64,000 nt of DNA from an uncultured Clostridia bacterium (GCA_934778205.1 CAKVOD010000002.1:141564-205563); one strand, 5' to 3'. Shown: positions 1 through 9,103, counted from the first letter of the stretch. Program-made: numbers and translations. The notes: a model not told the origin generated them from the letters alone.

Positions 1-714
1 TATGCAAATAATCTTTTTGTTGACCTTCTTACATATTTCAATCATTTTACTAGGGTTTTTCACGGTTTCCATATAAAGTATTATGACTTCAATATTCTTT
101 TGACTGCTAAAGTATTCAATCAAGTCTGCAAAATCAACGTCACATTGATTGCCTAAACTCACGCAGTATTTCAAGCCGACTTGTGTTGCGTCAAAAATAT
201 TCATAATACCGCTCGCTAGCGCACCCGACTGGCTGATTAGTACCGCATTCCCATTATGACATTTTGATTGTGAAAAATTTGCATTCAAACCAATTTCGTT
301 GTTTACAAAACCGATAGTATTAGGGCCGACAATGCTTAGATTGTTTTCCGTCGCAAGAGTTGCAAGACTTTGCTCAATTTTTTTACCTTCCGCTCCCATT
401 TCGCCAAAGCCAGCTGAAATGATGTAAAAATTTTTTATTCCTACCTTAGCGCTTTGGACAATGTTTTCATAGACTGCAATTGCTGGAATTGCAATAATAG
501 AAAGGTCAGGGATTTTAGGTAATTCGCAAACTGATTTGTAGCATTTTTTGCCAAGAATCTCATCGTACTTTGGATTGACAGGATAAATATCTCCACTAAA
601 ATTGCTGTTTATAATATTGTTGATGAGGCAAAGCCCGACGCTGTCTGGCTTTTGAGAAGCACCCACAATAGCAATGCTTTTAGGGTTAAACATTTTTGTT
701 AAATTTTTTGTCAT
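1..714 (-). CDS. CoA-binding / ADP-forming acetate--CoA ligase family protein; N-terminal part only, 3' end cut by the window edge
   Basis: Not in the ORF track because it runs off the left edge. Reverse-strand ATG at 714..712 follows GGAG with a 5-nt spacer. Translation MTKNLTKMFNPKSIAIVGASQKPDSVG...VNPKY...IISAGFGE resembles the succinyl-CoA-synthetase-like CoA-binding domain of ADP-forming acyl-CoA synthetases. Confidence 0.6.
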   Translation of the reverse strand, partial: MTKNLTKMFNPKSIAIVGASQKPDSVGLCLINNIINSNFSGDIYPVNPKYDEILGKKCYKSVCELPKIPDLSIIAIPAIAVYENIVQSAKVGIKNFYIISAGFGEMGAEGKKIEQSLATLATENNLSIVGPNTIGFVNNEIGLNANFSQSKCHNGNAVLISQSGALASGIMNIFDATQVGLKYCVSLGNQCDVDFADLIEYFSSQKNIEVIILYMETVKNPSKMIEICKKVNKKIICI

Positions 715-811
715 AATCACTCCTAAATGGTAATAATACAAATATTATACATTATTTAAAGGTCAAATGCAAAATATTTTGGGTAGTTTCTAGTTTTTTT
801 TGGAAAAATGA

Positions 812-840
812 TTGACAATATTTAATAAATCGTATATACT
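812..840 (+). promoter_or_regulatory. sigma-70-type promoter for yceD-rpmF
   Basis: TTGACA (812-817), 17-bp spacer, TATACT (835-840), about 25 nt upstream of the yceD start. Confidence 0.45.
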
Positions 841-866
841 TTATAAGTCAAAATATGGAGAGAACT

Positions 867-1358
867 ATGTTATTGAATCTAAATTTGGCAAAAGTGCAAA
901 GTGGCAATATTCTTTCCGCTCAAGGCGAAATTGTTGTGAACAGTGACATCTTGGAAACAATGTGTGATGATTGCGACAATATTTGCAAGGTGAATGTCGA
1001 GTATTGCTACAATGGCGAATATGTCGAATGTAGAGGCGATGGTTTAATCCATTTGAAAGGCAATTGTTACCGATGTGGTGAAAAGGTGGACGTGTTGCAC
1101 GAGTTTGAATTTGAAGATAATATCTTGCCCGCAGATTCAAATGTTAGCGACGACGCGTACTACTTTAAGGGCGATATGGTCGATATAACAAAATTGGTTG
1201 AGGATAGTTTGGTTACATCCTTGCCAGTGCAGTTGCTTTGCAAAGCGGACTGCAAAGGGTTATGCCCACATTGCTATACAAATCTGAATTTTGGCGTTTG
1301 CGAATGCGCAGAAGATACTAGCAATTCTCCGTTCGCAGTGCTGAATAACATCAAATAG
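867..1358 (+). CDS. yceD: YceD/DUF177 family ribosome-maturation protein
   Basis: Sits directly upstream of rpmF, the conserved yceD-rpmF pair. Has C-terminal CxxC...CxC cysteine clusters. The ATG at 867 has GGAG 6 nt upstream; the ORF-track start at 855 is an alternative. Confidence 0.7.
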   Translation: MLLNLNLAKVQSGNILSAQGEIVVNSDILETMCDDCDNICKVNVEYCYNGEYVECRGDGLIHLKGNCYRCGEKVDVLHEFEFEDNILPADSNVSDDAYYFKGDMVDITKLVEDSLVTSLPVQLLCKADCKGLCPHCYTNLNFGVCECAEDTSNSPFAVLNNIK

Positions 1359-1370
1359 GAGGATAAAAGA

Positions 1371-1571
1371 ATGGCAGTTCCTAAACAGAAGGTATCTAAA
1401 CAAAGAAGAAATAAAAGAGTGGCATCAAGTTGGAAAATCTCAACTCCTACTTTGACTGAATGCCCTAATTGTCACGAATTGAAGGCTAATCACCAAGTTT
1501 GCAAAGCTTGTGGCTACTATGATGGCAAACAAGTCGTTGACCTTGAAAAAAACAAAACTGAAGAACAATAA
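1371..1571 (+). CDS. rpmF: 50S ribosomal protein L32
   Basis: MAVPKQKVSKQRRNKR N-terminus and CPNC...CKAC zinc ribbon; AGGAGG SD. Confidence 0.95.
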   Translation: MAVPKQKVSKQRRNKRVASSWKISTPTLTECPNCHELKANHQVCKACGYYDGKQVVDLEKNKTEEQ

Positions 1572-1599
1572 GATGCACAAGACCTGTGCGTCTTTTTTG
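1571..1599 (+). terminator. Rho-independent terminator after rpmF
   Basis: agatgcaca/tgtgcgtct stem (9 bp including one G-U), loop agacc, followed by a T-run. Confidence 0.6.
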
Positions 1600-1633
1600 T
1601 TTTATTTTGTTTGAGAAGCACTATAATTGGTTT

Positions 1634-2419
1634 TTATATTTCACTCCTACGTTTGTTTGTTAGAATGCAGAGCAAGGAGAAGATAAACATCAAACCCGAA
1701 AATATAAGATAGTATATTCGCAATGGAACAAAATAACTAGAGAATAGTAATACTATACCGCAAAAGAAGTAAGATTTTGCGCGCTTTCTTTCAAGGACAT
1801 ATTTTCTGAGTTTGGCAAATGTCATTTTTTCTTTTGTCGCCACTTCAATTTGTATTTCAGGGAAGATATGTGTTTGTTCGATTAGTTTTAAGTATATATC
1901 CTTTAAATTCATCAGCGTGTATTTAATTTTTTTATAATTTTTGGACGTTGCAAGACAATCATCACTGAAATTTGTGCAAAGTATTATGACTTCATCAATT
2001 TTGCGATTTTTATTTTCTTTATATATAGATAACAAATCTTCCAAATCAAATACATCTTTTTCAAAGTAGGGTAGAAATAAAACTTTTTGGTTGTCAGTAG
2101 TTTTTAGTAATTCACCCTTTGAATTTGGATTAATAGATAATAACTTTGCAAAATATTTGCGCAACTCAAGTTGGCTTGCGTTGTTGAGTTGTGTTTTTAT
2201 TGTTTCAATTTTTTTTATTTGTTCATTTTTAAGAAAAAGTTTTGCATCTTTTTTAAGTTTGAAGTAGAAAAGGAGAATACCTACAATTATAGTTGTAGAA
2301 CTCGCTAAAAGTAAGCAAATAGAAAAAGACAACAATGTTGCACGGTAAAAAACAAGTGAAATGAAAAAGATTAGTATAAGTTTAAAGATTTCATCAATGT
2401 AAAATGCAAGTTTGAACAT
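1634..2419 (-). CDS. hypothetical membrane protein (2 N-terminal and 2 C-terminal TM helices flanking a soluble domain)
   Basis: Long ORF with clear hydrophobic segments at both ends. I recognise no family motif. Confidence 0.5.
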   Translation of the reverse strand: MFKLAFYIDEIFKLILIFFISLVFYRATLLSFSICLLLASSTTIIVGILLFYFKLKKDAKLFLKNEQIKKIETIKTQLNNASQLELRKYFAKLLSINPNSKGELLKTTDNQKVLFLPYFEKDVFDLEDLLSIYKENKNRKIDEVIILCTNFSDDCLATSKNYKKIKYTLMNLKDIYLKLIEQTHIFPEIQIEVATKEKMTFAKLRKYVLERKRAKSYFFCGIVLLFSSYFVPLRIYYLIFSGLMFIFSLLCILTNKRRSEI

Positions 2420-2471
2420 AGTTTTTACCTCAAGAATATTATTGACAAAATAAATCAGTATTATAATTTAA

Positions 2472-2500
2472 TTGACAAAAATCATAAATTTTGTTAATAT
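2472..2500 (+). promoter_or_regulatory. sigma-70-type promoter placed for a leaderless tsaE transcript
   Basis: TTGACA (2472-2477), 17-bp spacer, TAATAT (2495-2500). The tsaE ATG at 2507 is only 6 nt past the -10 and has no SD. Confidence 0.45.
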
Positions 2501-2506
2501 ATTCGT

Positions 2507-2929
2507 ATGGAAAAATTTATATCAAATAGTGTTGAAGAAACTGAAGCGATTGCGGGAAAGATTGCAAAAACTACGCCATTAGGTACAGTTATTGAATTGA
2601 TTGGCGATTTAGGAGCGGGGAAAACTGCGTTTTCCAAAGGGTTTGCTAAGGCATTGGGAATTACGAGTACTGTTACAAGTCCAACTTTTGCGCTCTTGAA
2701 CACATATCAAGGCGATGGCGTCGAATTGAACCATTTTGATTTGTATCGCATTGAAGATGAAGAGGAACTTGACCTAATGGGCTTTCAAGAAATCTTTTAC
2801 AACAATAACGCGATACATCTTGTTGAATGGCCACAAATTGCAAAAAATATGTTGCCACAAAATAGATATGTAATTACAATAAATAAGATTGATGATAATT
2901 CTAGAGAGATAGTATTGGAGAAAAAATGA
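2507..2929 (+). CDS. tsaE: tRNA t6A37 biosynthesis ATPase TsaE
   Basis: P-loop GDLGAGKT, small size, and the conserved tsaE-tsaB-rimI order. Confidence 0.9.
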   Translation: MEKFISNSVEETEAIAGKIAKTTPLGTVIELIGDLGAGKTAFSKGFAKALGITSTVTSPTFALLNTYQGDGVELNHFDLYRIEDEEELDLMGFQEIFYNNNAIHLVEWPQIAKNMLPQNRYVITINKIDDNSREIVLEKK

Positions 2930-3561
2930 ATATTCTTAGTATAAACACTTGCTTTAAAGTTAGTGATGTTTCACTTTATAGTGATAATTGTCAGTATATA
3001 GCAAAACAAGAAAGCGCCTTACAACATTCGGTTGTTTTGATGAGGCAAATTGACGATGTGATAGAAAAGGCGAAAATAAAATGTGCCGACCTTGATTTTG
3101 TATGCGTTGCAATAGGTCCCGGTAGTTTTACGGGCATAAGAATTGGCATTGCAGTCGCAAAAGGAATATGCGACGCAAACGCAAAAAGAATTATCCCCGT
3201 TGATACATTGAGTTTGATTGCACATAATGCAGTAAATGCTCCAGATTTTGTTGTGATTAAAGGTATCGCAAACGAATATTTTGTTGGAGAATGCAGTGAT
3301 GGGAAAGTGGTAAACAAAATTTTACTCACAAAAGAGGAATTTATAAGAAGATTGAGTACACATTCTAAAGTTGCAACTATTGATGATTTGAACGATGAGG
3401 GTTTTATGTGTGTTATTGAACGCGTTGAAAAACTTGATATGAGGCAAATTGCGCTTTCGAACATTGAGAATGCCGTCGAGCCAACTTGCGTAGAACCGCT
3501 ATATTTGAGATTGAGTCAAGCCGAGATACAAAAGGGCGGTGCAAACAATGCAAATAGTTGA
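2926..3561 (+). CDS. tsaB: tRNA t6A37 biosynthesis protein TsaB
   Basis: GPGSFTGIRIGIAVAKG motif; ATGA overlap with tsaE. Confidence 0.9.
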   Translation: MNILSINTCFKVSDVSLYSDNCQYIAKQESALQHSVVLMRQIDDVIEKAKIKCADLDFVCVAIGPGSFTGIRIGIAVAKGICDANAKRIIPVDTLSLIAHNAVNAPDFVVIKGIANEYFVGECSDGKVVNKILLTKEEFIRRLSTHSKVATIDDLNDEGFMCVIERVEKLDMRQIALSNIENAVEPTCVEPLYLRLSQAEIQKGGANNANS

Positions 3562-3970
3562 TGCTGACGACGCAAGTATTCAACAAATTGCGCAGGTTGA
3601 AAAGACAAGTTTTTTAACGGAGTTTTACTCTCAATTGCAATTAATCGAAATGTTGTCAAATCCTAACTATATAATCAAGGTTGTCAAGGAGAATAACATT
3701 TTTTGTGGCTATATCATAATATACAAAAACATTGATTTTGACGAAATTTATAAGATATGCGTTCTAGAACAATTCAAGAGAAAGGGTTTTGGTAGCGCAC
3801 TTATTGAATATTCTAAAAATATTTGCCAGAACAAATTATTTTTAGAAGTACGTGCCTCAAATGAAACTGCAATTCAATTTTATTTATCAAACGGTTTTAA
3901 AATTAACGGGAAAAGAAAAGGTTATTATTCAGGGAATGAAGATGCAATTTTGATGGAGTATATTAAATGA
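3548..3970 (+). CDS. rimI: ribosomal-protein-alanine N-acetyltransferase (GNAT)
   Basis: GNAT core (RKGFGSALIE) in the conserved position after tsaB. The ATG at 3548 has a GGCGGTG SD; the ORF-track start at 3539 is GTG. Confidence 0.8.
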   Translation: MQIVDADDASIQQIAQVEKTSFLTEFYSQLQLIEMLSNPNYIIKVVKENNIFCGYIIIYKNIDFDEIYKICVLEQFKRKGFGSALIEYSKNICQNKLFLEVRASNETAIQFYLSNGFKINGKRKGYYSGNEDAILMEYIK

Positions 3971-4788
3971 TATTTCAATACGAAATTCAGGACGCGCAAA
4001 TTTTTGAAAGTCACGGCGCGGGCAACGCTGATGATGAAAATTTTGATAAAAATGAAAGAATATTAAAAAACTTACATTATGAGTATGCTAAAATTGATGT
4101 CAACGTTCCAACGATAGTGTTGTTACATGGTTGGGGTGGCAATTATCAAAGTTTTTTGCCTATTTATTCAGCATTTGATGGCTATAATATTTTGTCATTG
4201 GACTTTTGCGGTTTTGGAAAAAGCGACAAACCAAACCCTAATTTTACCATATTTTCGTATGCTGAAGTTGTTGCAAGTTTGTTAAAACATTTAAACTTAA
4301 CTAATGTGATACTAGTAGGGCATTCTTTTGGTGGACGTGTTGCATTGATATTGAGTGAAAGTAACAAGGAAATTGTGAAAAAACTAATTTTAATTGATTC
4401 TGCAGGCATCAAACCGCGTTTCAGTGTAAAAAAAACGTTGAAAATTTTTAGATACAAATTTAATAAAAAACTTGTCGAGCACAATTTGCGAAATGTTAAG
4501 TGTTTGGAAAAGTTCGGTTCAGCGGACTACAAAATGTTAAGCAATGACGAAAAAAATGTTTTTTCAAGAGTGATAAAGGAAGATTTGAGCGGTTTTGCTA
4601 AGAAAATCGAACAAGAAACCCTAATCCTTTGGGGAGAAAATGACAAGGATACGCCACTTTATATGGCAAAAAAGTTGCATAAATACATAAAAAGTAGTAA
4701 ACTATTTGTAGTTAAAAGTGCTGAGCATTTTTCGTACTTAGACAATCCACAAATCGTGATTAAAATTATAAAGGAATTTTTAGAATGA
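3967..4788 (+). CDS. alpha/beta hydrolase fold protein
   Basis: HGWGG oxyanion motif and GHSFGG nucleophile elbow. Confidence 0.75.
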   Translation: MIFQYEIQDAQIFESHGAGNADDENFDKNERILKNLHYEYAKIDVNVPTIVLLHGWGGNYQSFLPIYSAFDGYNILSLDFCGFGKSDKPNPNFTIFSYAEVVASLLKHLNLTNVILVGHSFGGRVALILSESNKEIVKKLILIDSAGIKPRFSVKKTLKIFRYKFNKKLVEHNLRNVKCLEKFGSADYKMLSNDEKNVFSRVIKEDLSGFAKKIEQETLILWGENDKDTPLYMAKKLHKYIKSSKLFVVKSAEHFSYLDNPQIVIKIIKEFLE

Positions 4789-6419
4789 ATTTTATTGATG
4801 CGACAAATATTCATATGTACGTGGCAATTGCAATTTCTGTTGTGAATGCTGTTTTAATGTGGTATGTCGGTTACAAGTTTTTCCAAATCTTGCAACTGTC
4901 TAATTATAAGACAAAGCCATATTCTAATTGGATAAAAGACACAAAAGGGAAATATATGTCACGCGTTTCAATGCTATCAATATTGTCCTTTGCATTGATG
5001 ATGGTTACAAATGTTATATTAGATGCGACAAATATTGACGCCTTTTGGTCGTATTTTGGGTTGATATTCTATTTCTATTTGGTCATTGTCTTTATTGTCA
5101 ACGCTTACAGCGCACCCAAAAAGACTCCACTAAAAATCACGAATCGAATGAGTCGACTTAAATATTTATTTATACTTATTTGTAGCGGTATAACGTTTTG
5201 TATTATTTGGTTCTTTACGCAATTTTGTGCGCCAGTTAGTTATGCAGGCGTCGCCTTAACGCCGATGTTGTTGCCACTTATGGTTGTCTTTGTCAATTGG
5301 TGTTTGGTGCCTTTTGAAAAATGCAACTATAATAGATACATTATGCAGGCAAAACATAAACTTAAAAAGTATCCTGAACTAATAAAAATTGGCATTACTG
5401 GCAGTTTTGGTAAAACAAGCACGAAATTTATATTGAGTACGATTCTTTCGGAAAAATATTCAGTATGTGCAAGTCCTCTTAGTTATAATACGCCTATGGG
5501 CATAACAAAGGCAATCATTCAGTATTTAGATTTTTCTCATCAGGTTTTAATTGCGGAAATGGGGGCGCGATACGAGGGGGACATAAAAGAACTTTGTGAT
5601 TTGGTTCAACCACAATATGGGATTTTGACAAGCGTTGGAGAACAACACTTGCAATCATTTGGAACATTAGAAAAAATCACACAAACAAAGTATGAGTTAG
5701 TAGAGAGTTTGCCAGAGAATGGAGTAATTATTTTTAATGGACAAAATGATATTTGTCAAAGACTATATAACAAAACGAACAATCTTTCAAAAATCATTTG
5801 TGGCTTTGATGAAAAATTTGATGTTTACGCAGATTCAATAAAAACAAATAAAAACGGAACGCATTTTGTTTTGCATATAGGTGATGAAAAAATTGAATGT
5901 ACAACAATGCTACTTGGCGAACACAATATTGAAAATATCCTTTGTGCCTCAGCACTTGCTAACAAACTCGGTATGACAATCGATGAAATTCGCAACGGCA
6001 TTTCAAAACTACAGCCCGTAGAACATCGTTTGCAGTTGATTAATCTACAAAATGGTTCAACTATTTTAGACGATTCGTACAACGGTAGTATAGATGGTGC
6101 AAAACGTGCGCTACAAGTTTTGAAAATGTTTGACGGGGAAAAGATTGTCGTTACACCAGGTCTTGTTGAACTTGGTTCAAAAGAAAAACAAGCAAACATC
6201 AATTTTGGAGAACAAATTGCGGAAGTCGCCAATAAAGTTATTGTTGTCAACATTTCTAATGCTGAATATCTAAAGCAAGGGCTTGAGAATAAAAACTTTA
6301 ACCCCTCAAACGTATTTCAAACAGACACACTTGAAAATGCAAAAGTACTTTTGAAAACAATTGCACCAAATCAATCTGTAATATTATTTTACAATGATTT
6401 GCCCGACAATTATTTGTGA
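4785..6419 (+). CDS. murF: Mur ligase, MurF-like (UDP-MurNAc-tripeptide--D-Ala-D-Ala ligase type), with an N-terminal ~190-aa polytopic membrane domain
   Basis: GITGSFGKTSTK P-loop at about residue 205, then EMGARYEGDI, GEHNIEN, DDSYNGS and a TPGLVELG tail, all MurF-like. The first ~190 aa are about 5 hydrophobic helices. Confidence 0.65.
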   Translation: MNFIDATNIHMYVAIAISVVNAVLMWYVGYKFFQILQLSNYKTKPYSNWIKDTKGKYMSRVSMLSILSFALMMVTNVILDATNIDAFWSYFGLIFYFYLVIVFIVNAYSAPKKTPLKITNRMSRLKYLFILICSGITFCIIWFFTQFCAPVSYAGVALTPMLLPLMVVFVNWCLVPFEKCNYNRYIMQAKHKLKKYPELIKIGITGSFGKTSTKFILSTILSEKYSVCASPLSYNTPMGITKAIIQYLDFSHQVLIAEMGARYEGDIKELCDLVQPQYGILTSVGEQHLQSFGTLEKITQTKYELVESLPENGVIIFNGQNDICQRLYNKTNNLSKIICGFDEKFDVYADSIKTNKNGTHFVLHIGDEKIECTTMLLGEHNIENILCASALANKLGMTIDEIRNGISKLQPVEHRLQLINLQNGSTILDDSYNGSIDGAKRALQVLKMFDGEKIVVTPGLVELGSKEKQANINFGEQIAEVANKVIVVNISNAEYLKQGLENKNFNPSNVFQTDTLENAKVLLKTIAPNQSVILFYNDLPDNYL

Positions 6420-6427
6420 GCAAATGC

Positions 6428-6456
6428 TTGACAATTATTTGTTTTTATGGTATTAT
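6428..6456 (+). promoter_or_regulatory. sigma-70-type promoter for rpsO
   Basis: TTGACA (6428-6433), 17-bp spacer, TATTAT (6451-6456). Confidence 0.5.
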
Positions 6457-6531
6457 AAAATTACCTTTTGCAAAGTTAGTCGAATCTCCGACGCTATTCT
6501 TTGCTTTGGGCGTATTTAATAGGAGGAGAAT
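6457..6531 (+). promoter_or_regulatory. structured rpsO 5' leader (possible S15 autoregulatory element)
   Basis: Nested helices gcaaag...ctttgc and gtcg...cgac lie between the promoter and the AGGAGG SD. S15 leaders are a known autoregulatory class, but I did not verify the fold. Confidence 0.3.
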
Positions 6532-6783
6532 ATGGATAAGAAAGAAATTATTCAAAAGTTTGGTAGAGATGAAAAGGACACAGGTTCAACCGAAGTTCAA
6601 ATCGCTTTGCTTACTGAAAGAATTAATCATTTGAATGAACATTTAAAAGTTCACCCAAAAGATAACCACACGCGTCGTGGCTTGTTAAAGCTTGTCGGTC
6701 AAAGAAAGGGTCTTTTGGCGTATCTAAAGAAGACTGATATTGAAAAATTCAGAACTCTTTCACAAGAATTGGGACTTAGATAA
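6532..6783 (+). CDS. rpsO: 30S ribosomal protein S15
   Basis: Full-length S15 signature ([35 protein letters not shown]). Confidence 0.95.
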   Translation: MDKKEIIQKFGRDEKDTGSTEVQIALLTERINHLNEHLKVHPKDNHTRRGLLKLVGQRKGLLAYLKKTDIEKFRTLSQELGLR

Positions 6784-6788
6784 TGGTC

Positions 6789-6833
6789 AAAGCCTAAAAC
6801 TTATGCGAACGCTGTGGTTTTGGGCTTTTTGTT
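6789..6833 (+). terminator. Rho-independent terminator after rpsO
   Basis: aaagcctaaaac / gttttgggcttt stem followed by a T-run. Confidence 0.6.
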
Positions 6834-6889
6834 TTGAAGTTTGTTTTTTGTATTGCAGGGCAAACAACAATATAAATATATAAAATTCA

Positions 6890-6941
6890 AATACAATATA
6901 TAGTGTATTCTATTTGTATAATACACTATATATTGTGTATT
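6890..6941 (+). promoter_or_regulatory. double-palindrome operator/promoter cassette, copy A, upstream of pnp
   Basis: AATACAATATATAGTGTATT, 10 bp, AATACACTATATATTGTGTATT. TATAAT (6917-6922) bridges the spacer and the second dyad. Near-identical architecture at 25931-25984. Confidence 0.55.
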
Positions 6942-6955
6942 ATATGGGAGTGAGT

Positions 6956-9046
6956 ATGGAAGAAAAAATATTTGAAACAACAATTGGCGGAAAAAAGGTT
7001 GAAGTTAATATTGGTAGATATGCTATGCAAGCAGACGGTTCTTGTATTGTGAGCTGTGGCGATACAATTGTTATGGTAAATGCAACTGTTGCTGAAAAGC
7101 CTCGCGACGGCGTTGACTTTTTACCTTTGTCAGTTGATTATGAAGAAAAATTGTACGCGGTTGGTAAAATCCCCGGTGGATACAAAAAACGCGAGGGGAA
7201 ACCAACGGACAAAGCTATTTTGGTATCAAGATTAATTGATAGACCATTGCGACCTCTTTTCCCAAAGGGGTTTCACAATGATATTTCAATTGTCGCAACA
7301 CCATTGTCTATTGACCCAGATGTATATCCTGAACCACTAGCAATGCTTGGCTCAAGCATTGCGCTCAGCATTTCTTCTGCACCTTTTGAAGGGCCAACGG
7401 GCGCAGTTAATGTTGGTCTTGTTGACGGAAAGTTTATTATCAATCCAACTCAGCAAGAGCGAGAAATCAGCAGACTGAACTTGACAGTTGCAGGTACTCA
7501 CGATGCTGTTTTAATGGTTGAAGCAGGCGCAAAATTTGTGGACGAAGAAACTATGTTAAAAGCCATAATGTTTGCCCACGACGAAATTAAAAAACAAGTT
7601 GAGTTTCAACTTGAAATTATGAAGCAGTTTTCTAAAGAAAAGAAGTCACTTATTGCAGAAGATGAAAGCGTCATAAAACTTGAAAGCGAAATAGAAAACT
7701 ATGTAAAACCACTGCTTGAAAAGGTGCTTGATACCTTTGTTCGCGAAGAAAGACAACATCGCAATAAAGAAATGAAGGAGCAAGTTTTGGAGCATTTTTC
7801 AAGTCTTTACCCTGGCAATGAAAATTTATCTACTTTGATTGAGCAAAAAGTTTATTCAATGACAAAGCAGAAAGTTCGCGAAAACATTGTCAAAAAAGGC
7901 ATTCGTTTAGATGGTAGAAAACTTGACGAAATTAGACCTATTTGGTGTGAGGCGGGAATTTTACCTCGTGTACACGGCTCGGGAGTTTTTACGCGTGGAC
8001 AAACGCAAGTTTTGACTACTTGCACACTTGGTATGCTCAGCGAAATGCAACATATTGAAGGACTTGAGGACATCGAGGAAGAAAAACGATATATGCACCA
8101 TTACAATATGCCACCATACAGCACAGGCGAAGCAAAAATGCTTCGTAGCCCCGGGCGTCGTGAAATTGGACACGGGGCGCTAGCAGAACGTGCGCTTGAA
8201 CCTGTTTTGCCGACTGAAGAAGAGTTTCCGTATGCTATCCGTACAGTTTCGGAAGTCCTTAGTTCAAATGGTTCAACATCTCAAGCAAGTGTGTGTGGTT
8301 CTACTCTTGCCCTTATGGATGCGGGAGTTCCTATTTCTTCGCCAGTAGCAGGAATTGCTATGGGACTTATCAAAGAAGGCGACGAAACATTTATTTTGAC
8401 CGATATTCAGGGCGAAGAAGATTTTTATGGCGATATGGACTTCAAGGTTGCAGGTACCGAAAGGGGCATTACTGCAATTCAAATGGACATTAAAATTAAG
8501 GGTATTAATGAAAATATTTTAAAAAATGCGCTTGAAAGGGCAAAAATTGGACGCTTGTTTATTATGAACAAAATGCTAGAAGTAATCTCTGAACCACGAA
8601 AATCGCTTTCTAAGTACGCACCAAAAATTATTTCATTCAATATTGACCCTGATAAGATTCGTGAAGTCATTGGAACGGGTGGCAAAAACATTAACAAAAT
8701 CATTGATGCAACGGGTGTTAAAATTGACATCGAAGATAATGGCTTTGTAACGATTGCTAGTTGCGATGGCGATATGATTGAAAAAGCAAAAAATATGATT
8801 CAAAACATTGTTCTTGACATTGAAGCGGGAATGATTCTTGTTGGCACGGTAGTCAAAATTAGTGACTTCGGCGCATTTGTTTCATTGACGCCTACGAAAG
8901 ATGGGCTTATTCACATTTCAAAACTATCTGATAAACGTGTAGAAAAAGTTGAAGATGTTGTCAAAGTTGGGGACAATGTCAAGGTTGAAGTTTTGAAAGT
9001 GGACAATCGCGGGCGAATTGATTTAAAATTAATTCAAAAAATGTAA
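6956..9046 (+). CDS. pnp: polyribonucleotide nucleotidyltransferase (PNPase)
   Basis: Two RNase PH domains plus KH and S1 tail; conserved rpsO-pnp pair. The ATG at 6956 has a GGGAG SD, whereas the ORF-track start at 6914 lies inside the promoter. Confidence 0.95.
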   Translation: MEEKIFETTIGGKKVEVNIGRYAMQADGSCIVSCGDTIVMVNATVAEKPRDGVDFLPLSVDYEEKLYAVGKIPGGYKKREGKPTDKAILVSRLIDRPLRPLFPKGFHNDISIVATPLSIDPDVYPEPLAMLGSSIALSISSAPFEGPTGAVNVGLVDGKFIINPTQQEREISRLNLTVAGTHDAVLMVEAGAKFVDEETMLKAIMFAHDEIKKQVEFQLEIMKQFSKEKKSLIAEDESVIKLESEIENYVKPLLEKVLDTFVREERQHRNKEMKEQVLEHFSSLYPGNENLSTLIEQKVYSMTKQKVRENIVKKGIRLDGRKLDEIRPIWCEAGILPRVHGSGVFTRGQTQVLTTCTLGMLSEMQHIEGLEDIEEEKRYMHHYNMPPYSTGEAKMLRSPGRREIGHGALAERALEPVLPTEEEFPYAIRTVSEVLSSNGSTSQASVCGSTLALMDAGVPISSPVAGIAMGLIKEGDETFILTDIQGEEDFYGDMDFKVAGTERGITAIQMDIKIKGINENILKNALERAKIGRLFIMNKMLEVISEPRKSLSKYAPKIISFNIDPDKIREVIGTGGKNINKIIDATGVKIDIEDNGFVTIASCDGDMIEKAKNMIQNIVLDIEAGMILVGTVVKISDFGAFVSLTPTKDGLIHISKLSDKRVEKVEDVVKVGDNVKVEVLKVDNRGRIDLKLIQKM

Positions 9047-9051
9047 ATTGG

Positions 9052-9081
9052 AAAAGATAGGCAAGTCGCCTATCTTTTTTG
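9052..9081 (+). terminator. Rho-independent terminator after pnp
   Basis: gataggc/gcctatc stem followed by TTTTTT. Confidence 0.6.
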
Positions 9082-9103
9082 CATATACATAGATAGCGGA
9101 GAT

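Noticed and set aside
6416-6983. ORFs 6416..6634+ and 6801..6983-, and the 6914 start of pnp.
   Set aside because: They overlap the rpsO promoter and leader, the rpsO terminator, and the pnp operator cassette. The pnp SD (GGGAG) serves the ATG at 6956.
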